The notes below the pieces were generated by a model. It made no database searches. It saw nothing but the letters and a program-made list of their open reading frames with translations, and had not been told where the DNA came from. DNA of 64,000 nucleotides, taken from a virus. The stretch spans positions 1 to 64,000 of IMG/VR virus record IMGVR_UViG_3300042518_001688; one strand, given 5' to 3'. A program made the translations under genes and the position numbers. This document shows, in pieces, positions 57,801-64,000 of this stretch (positions are counted from its first letter, which is position 1; every line of letters begins with the position of its first letter).

Positions 57801-58333
57801 TATTAGCAAGAAATGAAAGTGATGGCACGATAATCAAATTAGGTAATTATCAAAATACATTATTTTTACTACCAACCACAGCACCTACAACGCCAGCTAC
57901 AGCTAGAGGCTTATTTACGGATACGGCGGATGGATTATTAAAAGTTAGAGATGCAAGTAACGGAACAATTAGGACTTTAGCATCCCTGGAAAGAACACAA
58001 GCATTTACTCAAGCACAATATGTTACACCCGTTATTAATAATACTGCCACTGGATCATTAATATTAGATGGGAGTGCCAGCAATGTCTTCATACTAACCC
58101 TAACTGGAAATCTTACTTTGAGCATGAATAATATACAAGTTGGTGCGAGCTATGTTATTTACCTAATCGAAGATGCAACAGGTGGTAGAACTGTAACTTT
58201 AAATTCGATTTTCAAAAGAATAACTGGAGATACAACTACTATTAATACAGCAGCAAACAAAGTTAATATGTTGACTGGGATAGCAAGATCATCTAGTGCG
58301 ATTACGTTAGCTCCTATAGCAGTTGAGGTTTAA
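54875..58333 (+). CDS. Tail fibre-like protein with collagen-like repeat
   Basis: Thr/Gly-rich, duplicated ~90-aa module, GATGQTGATGAT repeat, YTYIAYA motif. Confidence 0.8.
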   Translation: MAKVTYANGRQQLPFNNSKVVVSTGGTSTQARSLYFAIQGQNPAGKNLLSSVVGPIAIASGQQVTITIDTNCRLAGEWWTDFVISANTTNDVTTFVQVAKIPGNLTLPQTVVLNSDEDFKLSNIVATPSNLPAAADVLHGALRGITSLDAVYEYDAFSTKTANGINVLTATTGRWLLKGVSFSSYVASVTGIGGCAQDVNDLAPDEVILPTYAVDGTVGTTQKFWLVNDSTANEPAGRRVGVTVLVNDEPKTTLFNNLIKVIFRGYADTELGTLRTTDTLSNPLYLLDQEVGVKARKSNLILSDPLAPDEAMVLEFYPKFSASDLNKLIPRGSVIALFPFFYDQAGEYTEAGAPLGNLIYNRGDYRLLVPGVGLLAKALPGGGMVEFISFLDTPESVVAGFANNKNNQIVAVNGNGVVLQLTVPSPNQAAVDAAIGMGLASTLRSLGIMDETEDVRAIIGTANGEGFATAWSGNFANTGNQVFTISSAYPCNADGNGTIRSDYPDTRLRGRTGYFNPGEVVIYVKRVSNGEIRKFTGSVVTIGTSQSFSIPNWSTGTVTTVAVPSDDSFGLYAPGTPTATITTGTSDYAAGNYQFAIAFKYTNVITSISHSEYDGCLLTLDDIDMAKLVLRSRDSTRILAGEGVPSPSLDIDGSFYLDKLNNDFYGPKTSGVWGTPVSLVGTPGYNAYTATTASFSIPNIGNTVTISVARSDWMVVGQLIYIETAGSFTITAKPSSTSATIQNNGYQGNAAATTTITTAKGVSPSGAVGLTGAPGGYTTTTSSFVQPSANSNVTVAVVDSTWMSSGLTIYIENGGYYSVISKPNATSVIVANLGYSENASPGTTIATTKTVSSSGVRGATGQTGATGATGATGATGANGTNGVSSYTYIAYAEDTNGTGFTNTFSSTKDFIAVKTTTSPIASPIASDFTGLWKNYKGATGAPGSITAASEVTLTEVNVDATTAIDQIKIFNKLGELLARNESDGTIIKLGNYQNTLFLLPTTAPTTPATARGLFTDTADGLLKVRDASNGTIRTLASLERTQAFTQAQYVTPVINNTATGSLILDGSASNVFILTLTGNLTLSMNNIQVGASYVIYLIEDATGGRTVTLNSIFKRITGDTTTINTAANKVNMLTGIARSSSAITLAPIAVEV

Positions 58334-58335
58334 TT

Positions 58336-59607
58336 ATGTTTACATTCCCGGTTGGTTTCTTTAATTTCGTAGCATCAGGTGGTGGTGCTACAGATCCTTT
58401 TGCAGCTAATGTAGTTTTATTCTTGAAAGGTGATGGAACTAATGGCAGTACAAATATTGTTGATAGTTCGCCAAGTCCAAAAACTATTTCGGTTTTTGGT
58501 AATGCTCAAATATCTACAGCGCAAAGTAAATATGGTGGGAGTAGTATTTATCTTAACGGTTCTAGTTGGCTAGAAATAGCGCATGATAGTAGTTTGAATT
58601 TCTTCGCGTCTGATTTCACAATAGAGCTTTGGGTGAGGGTTGCAAATAATAATCAATCTGTAATTATAGAGAAAAGAAGCACTGGTTTTACCACAGGTGA
58701 TTGGATTTTTTGGCAAAGAGATGTAGCTTCTTATGATATTGATAATGTTGGCAACGGTATACTAACTGCAACGCCACCAACTATTGACTTATGGGTACAT
58801 TTTGTATTGCAACGTAGAGATAATCTGTATTCAAAATACATAGATGGAACTTTAGTAGTATCAGGTAATTTCACTCAAACAATACAGAACAGCACACAAC
58901 CCATTACTATAGGTAGAGATAGAGTAGGTGGAGGTAGATTTTACTTAACTGGGTATATAGATTCGTTAAGAATAACATCTGCGGCTAGATACACGACTAA
59001 TTTTAATCCTGAAACAGATACTTATTTAGATATCCAAGATCCGATTAGCAATCTCCAGCTTTTATTAGATGGAGAGCAAGCTAGTATTGTTGATAGTAGT
59101 GGCAAAAATCGAACCGTAAATAACTTGGGTTCTGGTGTCACATTAGATAGTTCTATAAAATATGCCGGGAATAAGTCTTTAAGATTTAATGGATCTAGCT
59201 TTTTGGATTGCACAGGATCTTATCTTGATTTTGGATTGTCTGATTATGAGATAGATTTTCAGCTTTATCTTGATAATGGTGCAGCGACTTATCAGATATT
59301 AGATATGCGCCCGCCTTCAACGACGGGTATGTACATGGATTTGTACTGTCAAAATAGAACTTTAGTTTTTGATGAAAATGGTGTAGGAGTAATTACTTCC
59401 GGTTCGATTTTGTTAGATGCAACTTGGACAAACATCAATATAAAAAGAGTTTCCTCTGTAGTTACCTTAAAAGTGAATAATATAACTATAGGTAGTGTTA
59501 ACAGTATTACTTACGCAAATTCGGCCAGATTGCTAATAGGTGGTAATGCTTTTGTATCTACAGTAAGTCCGGTAGGAAATATTGACGACTTCTCTATTAA
59601 ATTTTAA
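58336..59607 (+). CDS. LamG/concanavalin A-like receptor-binding protein
   Basis: DFTIELWV, WVHFVLQR, YIDG, GYIDSLRIT; two domains. Confidence 0.85.
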   Translation: MFTFPVGFFNFVASGGGATDPFAANVVLFLKGDGTNGSTNIVDSSPSPKTISVFGNAQISTAQSKYGGSSIYLNGSSWLEIAHDSSLNFFASDFTIELWVRVANNNQSVIIEKRSTGFTTGDWIFWQRDVASYDIDNVGNGILTATPPTIDLWVHFVLQRRDNLYSKYIDGTLVVSGNFTQTIQNSTQPITIGRDRVGGGRFYLTGYIDSLRITSAARYTTNFNPETDTYLDIQDPISNLQLLLDGEQASIVDSSGKNRTVNNLGSGVTLDSSIKYAGNKSLRFNGSSFLDCTGSYLDFGLSDYEIDFQLYLDNGAATYQILDMRPPSTTGMYMDLYCQNRTLVFDENGVGVITSGSILLDATWTNINIKRVSSVVTLKVNNITIGSVNSITYANSARLLIGGNAFVSTVSPVGNIDDFSIKF

Positions 59608-59652
59608 TTATGCGATCGCATAATTCACATTGCAGGAGCTACAGCTTGACAC

Positions 59653-61737
59653 ATGAACGAATACAACCAAGAACAAATAGCAACCGAAATAGCTGAATTG
59701 TTGAACAGCGATCGCTTCCTAGATGCACTAATAGGTAAAACAGGTGGCGCACAATCCGGCGGTTCACTTGTTGTTAAAAGTAATGGGAGACAAATTAGTG
59801 CGATCGCTGTGGGTGAAGTTCCTCCAGGTGATTGTGTTGCCTTGAAGGACACAAAAACTGGTCAATGGTATGCGGTTTCTAGTTACGGTGAAGGGAAAAG
59901 TGATGAGTATTTGATTAGGTATAGGAGATGGAGACAACCAGAAGATGACCTCTATCCGGTAATTGTCTCTTATTTAATGACTGAGACAGTAGAGGGAAAT
60001 AAAGATAATTTTGATTGGGTAGGCGGCAACAAACCAAGTAGAAAAGTATTAAACATAAGAGTACCAGATCAAATACCTGAAAATGAGTTATTCCCAATTA
60101 GGTATGTAGTCAATCTAGGAAGAAAATATACTTTGTATGGCACAAACAGAAGAGATGATAATTACTCAAGATTTGATTGGGATAGCGAAGACAAGCCTTA
60201 TACTCAAGTTATTTTTGTTGAAAATAATGAAAAAATAGAACTAATTTTTAACGAGTGGGATAATCATTTTACGGGCGATATGTATTTAGGACATGGTGTA
60301 GCTGCTACATCTTTGTTACGTAATCCCGTAGAAGAAACTTCTGAGATATTTATTGATTCAGATATTACTTATAATTTTGCAAATATAGATCCAATTGTTA
60401 GTTTTGAATTTGAAAGAAAAACTTTTACATTTCAATCTATTATTTTAAATAAGGGTGTGCCGGAAACTTACAATATAATTTTTAAGATTGTTGGTAAAAA
60501 TAGTTCTCAACAATCAGAAGGAAAAGGGTATTATTTTATTTCAGAAGATTATAATTTTAGGCTACAACAATTTACTATAAATGGTGGAATGGGAGAAGTT
60601 GAGTTTACTAATAGTTTAGGTAGTTATAAATATACAAAAAAAATAACAGGCATAGATCAAGATTTAACTCCCAACCCAAGTTATCCACTCTTACAAGGTT
60701 ATTATCTTTATCCAAGTAACAATTTAATGACTATAGAGGAGTTGATCGATTCCAATTTAAAAATATATATCAATAAAGATGGTTATTTTAAGCAGATACA
60801 AAAATATAAAATAACACAACAAATTGTAGCTCCTGCTGGTGGCATTTTTTCTCCCCCAGAAGAACAAGTAAAAGTACCTTTTAGGTTTAATGCTGATATA
60901 ACAGAGGATAGAATAATTTTTGTTAAAAAGGATGATACTATTATTGATTTTGATTCTTCAGATTTTTTCTGCTATAAAAGTGCTAATTCATTTCAAGGTA
61001 AGGGTTTAGGCACTCATACATTAATCATTAACCCTTGTTATGTTATAGGCGTAAGAAATACTTTAAACATGGCTTACCTGATTGGTAAAAAAGTTTTAAT
61101 AGGTAAGACAGAAACAGTAGATAATAAAGCAAAATATTACAGAATGAGGGGAGTAATAAATGCTGTTGATGTCATCAAGATTCTGTCTGATGAGCATAAC
61201 GATGTTACACACTTTGAATTAAGAATTAATTACACAATTACAGAAGTCAAAAAAGTTTTAAATGATTATTTTTATAATTTTATGACAGAGGGATCAATTT
61301 ATAGCTTTATTTGTGGTGCAGGAGGGTTGGGATACTCTTATGGCTTTACTCCTCAAACAGCTTTTAATTTATATTATGTTCCTAACGGATTTCCTGTACA
61401 ATATTCTGTTTTATTCAAGCAAAACCTTGGAGTTTATAATTTTAGTTACTTGAATCCTGCAAATCAACCTTGGAAAGGTACTTCATATTTGTATAACGGG
61501 AAAAGGATATACTCAGCATTTCCCTATACTTTTCATAATTATAACTATGCAAACGGTAAGTTTTATGGAGTTCTTGGTTTTAACCAACAGAAGGGAGAAG
61601 CATACATTGATACATGGAAAAGGAAAAATAATGGTGAAGTTGTTTGGGATAAAATAATAGAAGTTCCCTTTTATAAACTTAAACTCAATAAAGATGAGGT
61701 GGTTAGGCTGCAATCCTATAGTTACTACCCTATTTAA
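59653..61737 (+). CDS. Hypothetical virion-region protein, AT-rich C-terminus
   Basis: 694-aa ORF. Confidence 0.7.
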   Translation: MNEYNQEQIATEIAELLNSDRFLDALIGKTGGAQSGGSLVVKSNGRQISAIAVGEVPPGDCVALKDTKTGQWYAVSSYGEGKSDEYLIRYRRWRQPEDDLYPVIVSYLMTETVEGNKDNFDWVGGNKPSRKVLNIRVPDQIPENELFPIRYVVNLGRKYTLYGTNRRDDNYSRFDWDSEDKPYTQVIFVENNEKIELIFNEWDNHFTGDMYLGHGVAATSLLRNPVEETSEIFIDSDITYNFANIDPIVSFEFERKTFTFQSIILNKGVPETYNIIFKIVGKNSSQQSEGKGYYFISEDYNFRLQQFTINGGMGEVEFTNSLGSYKYTKKITGIDQDLTPNPSYPLLQGYYLYPSNNLMTIEELIDSNLKIYINKDGYFKQIQKYKITQQIVAPAGGIFSPPEEQVKVPFRFNADITEDRIIFVKKDDTIIDFDSSDFFCYKSANSFQGKGLGTHTLIINPCYVIGVRNTLNMAYLIGKKVLIGKTETVDNKAKYYRMRGVINAVDVIKILSDEHNDVTHFELRINYTITEVKKVLNDYFYNFMTEGSIYSFICGAGGLGYSYGFTPQTAFNLYYVPNGFPVQYSVLFKQNLGVYNFSYLNPANQPWKGTSYLYNGKRIYSAFPYTFHNYNYANGKFYGVLGFNQQKGEAYIDTWKRKNNGEVVWDKIIEVPFYKLKLNKDEVVRLQSYSYYPI

Positions 61738-61772
61738 TAATTGTTTAAAAGCGATCGCCCAACCATAAAAAT

Positions 61773-64000
61773 ATGAAATCCTCTACTCCACTTTTATCCA
61801 AATTTGATTCCGTCTTTTCTCAATTTGCAAAAGATGATAATTCTCCATTGGATAAATTAGAAAATGAATTTGTCCAACGCATGATTACCCTTGTTCAAGC
61901 GGAAAGTAATTCATTAATCAAATCTTTAAGGGGGGCAACATCAGAGGAAGATATAGATAAAGCCAAGTGGAATTTAATCCCCAGGATGCAACAATTATTG
62001 TGGTATCTATGGCGCGATGGTTGGGCATTGGGTAAGGATACTGCTGTTAGAGAATTAGCCCTTGCCAAATTCACCACAAACAATGAACTAGCCGAGTTTG
62101 CTTCTGATTCAGATAGTACGGGAAGCAGGCGATCGCTCCGCAATAAAACCCGAATCTCTAGCATAAAAACACCATTGGAGGATTCACGGGTTAAGAAAGC
62201 GATTGAAGATAGAACTTTGGAATTATCTAACGATTACAGCGAAAGCACCAACAAGGAAATTAAAGATGCTTTTCGGGAGTTTAATAATAGCAAGGATAAG
62301 AAGGATGCAAGGGCTAAATTAGAGGAACGGATTGCAAGGGCGATCGGTGCTAATAATGAACAGAGCAACAAGCGAGTTCGAGATACTGCGGCTAGGGCAA
62401 AGGTTATTGCTAGGACTGAATTAACCGGTGCATACAACACAGCTAGGGTAGATTCATTTGCTGCTGCTGGTGTGAAAAGATTCCTATGGGTTGCCAACAT
62501 AGTTCCAGGAAGAACTTGTAACCCCTGCTTGGAACGAAATGGGGTAATTTACACACTGGAAGAAATAAGGACTAATTTTCCTCCTTTACACCCCCACTGT
62601 AGGTGTACCCTTAAACCCTTGCAAGAGGATGACGACAGGGTTAAAAACCAGAAGAAAGGTATTAAGGATGCGATCGCTCCTATAGCTGCTGGGTGGTTAT
62701 TTGGTAAAGCCGCAGAGAAAGTTAGTGCAGCAGCGATGGCGGAAATAGATAAAATCCCTGACAAAGAGGAAAAGAAAAATGATATTGGCACTAAGTTGTT
62801 TATCGGCATTAGTGCTGCATTAGGATTGGCTGGTATTTACTATTTAGTTACCAGAAACCCAACTGTTAAACAAGCCACACAAAGAGCAACCAAGGAAACT
62901 GTAGAAGAGCTTGGCGATCAGGTAGAAGCTTATCGTCAGAGGAAACAAGCCCAAGAGGGATTAACAGAAGATAAACAACCATCGGCATTAGGACAAGGGG
63001 CTGTTACAGCCGCATCTTTACCTCCATCGGTTCAGCAAAATTTACCTTCAGAGTTGGTTAATTCTAATGCCGACATTCGGAATATATCACCCCAGGAAAT
63101 TAGTCGGTTAACTGGAATGTCGATCAGAGATGCAACTAGATTGAGATTGCAACTTGATGAGGAGTTAGCTAAAAATCCTGTCAAGCCTGAAAAGACTGTT
63201 GACAAGATGAACAATAAGCAATTGAAAGCACTGGGTTTAACAAATAAACAAATTAATCAATTAAGGAGAATGAAGCGACAAGGACAATCTTTTGCTACCA
63301 TTGATGACTTGAAGAAAATCAAGGGGGTGAGCGATCGCAAGATTCAAGAGATAAAACGCAGGGTAGAAGAAGAAAGAGATCCTTCTTTAGTCTTGGGTGG
63401 CAAAAAGATTGAGGAATTATCAACCAAAGAATTAAAAGAGTATTTGCGATTAAGCCAAAATCAAGCTGTAGCTGTTAGGGAATATTTGAGGAAAAACCGA
63501 ATTACTAAAATTGAGGATTTAAGAAATGTCCCAGGTATAGGTAAAGAGACTGTGGCTAGGGCTGCTTATGGGGTGATGAGAACTACCCCCCGTGCTAATA
63601 TCAATAACTTTGGAAACGAGGGTGGAGTAAGTAACGTAAACCTACTTTCGGAACGGACTGGAATAAGTAGAAACCTTGCTCAGATAATTGCGGATGAAAG
63701 ACAACAAAATGGAAACTTTGCTGATATGGATGATTTTAGAAAACGAGTGAACAAGCGACTAAAAGATAGTGGTAGCAAGGTAAGGCTGGGTAAGTCAGTG
63801 ATTAAAAAGATTAATGATAATGTGACGTTCCTGCCTAGTGGTGAGGAGGAAAAACCACTTATCATCCCTCCTAAAATAAACCCATCAAAACCACTACCCC
63901 AAAAACAGACACGAATGGGTGATCCGAGAACACCGCAGGTAGAACCAGAGAGAATGGTAGCACCATCACCTCAGAAAAAAGTATTACCAGGATCTACAAG
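61773..64000 (+). CDS. MuF-like head morphogenesis protein with hydrophobic segment and HhH repeats (runs off window; not in track)
   Basis: IARTELTGAYNTAR, RTCNPC, PPLHPHCRC; LFIGISAALGLAGIYYLV; DLKKIKGVS, DLRNVPGIG. Confidence 0.85.
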   Translation, partial: MKSSTPLLSKFDSVFSQFAKDDNSPLDKLENEFVQRMITLVQAESNSLIKSLRGATSEEDIDKAKWNLIPRMQQLLWYLWRDGWALGKDTAVRELALAKFTTNNELAEFASDSDSTGSRRSLRNKTRISSIKTPLEDSRVKKAIEDRTLELSNDYSESTNKEIKDAFREFNNSKDKKDARAKLEERIARAIGANNEQSNKRVRDTAARAKVIARTELTGAYNTARVDSFAAAGVKRFLWVANIVPGRTCNPCLERNGVIYTLEEIRTNFPPLHPHCRCTLKPLQEDDDRVKNQKKGIKDAIAPIAAGWLFGKAAEKVSAAAMAEIDKIPDKEEKKNDIGTKLFIGISAALGLAGIYYLVTRNPTVKQATQRATKETVEELGDQVEAYRQRKQAQEGLTEDKQPSALGQGAVTAASLPPSVQQNLPSELVNSNADIRNISPQEISRLTGMSIRDATRLRLQLDEELAKNPVKPEKTVDKMNNKQLKALGLTNKQINQLRRMKRQGQSFATIDDLKKIKGVSDRKIQEIKRRVEEERDPSLVLGGKKIEELSTKELKEYLRLSQNQAVAVREYLRKNRITKIEDLRNVPGIGKETVARAAYGVMRTTPRANINNFGNEGGVSNVNLLSERTGISRNLAQIIADERQQNGNFADMDDFRKRVNKRLKDSGSKVRLGKSVIKKINDNVTFLPSGEEEKPLIIPPKINPSKPLPQKQTRMGDPRTPQVEPERMVAPSPQKKVLPGST

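Noticed and set aside
54875-61737. DGR or invertible shufflon at tail fibre genes
   Set aside because: No reverse transcriptase, template/variable repeat pair or invertase seen in the window
61895-63865. Short - strand ORFs in the track
   Set aside because: Antisense shadows of the long + strand MuF ORF

Overview
A 64-kb segment of a large temperate cyanophage or phage-plasmid. The host is most likely a heterocyst-forming (Nostocales-type) cyanobacterium: HIP1 GCGATCGC is very dense, and dnaN, ssb, nblA and class II nrdJ are cyanobacterial in type. Layout, left to right: (1) a structured RNA cassette with tandem hammerhead ribozymes, a tRNA-like element, a pseudoknot and a terminator; (2) a + strand early-type cluster of small ORFs holding a DarB-like methylase/SNF2 helicase split into three genes and punctuated by two repeated non-coding motifs; (3) portal and HU; (4) an accessory island with a divergent Csx3-like pair, TIGR04255 and truncated hsdR/helicase; (5) a replication module (initiator-like, loader-like, dnaB, MTase); (6) nrdJ-nblA-dcd-thyX; (7) dnaN and ssb; (8) ParA plus an RHH partner; (9) tail and receptor-binding genes and a MuF-like head protein running off the end. 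The strongest leads are an unannotated 17-aa ORF carrying the HetR-inhibitory RGSGR motif (PatS/PatX mimic), a phage-borne Csx3-like pair (candidate anti-type III CRISPR), the ribozyme/tRNA-like RNA, the split DarB and a dispersed 17-bp palindrome. All family calls come from motif recognition by eye; no database searches were run.
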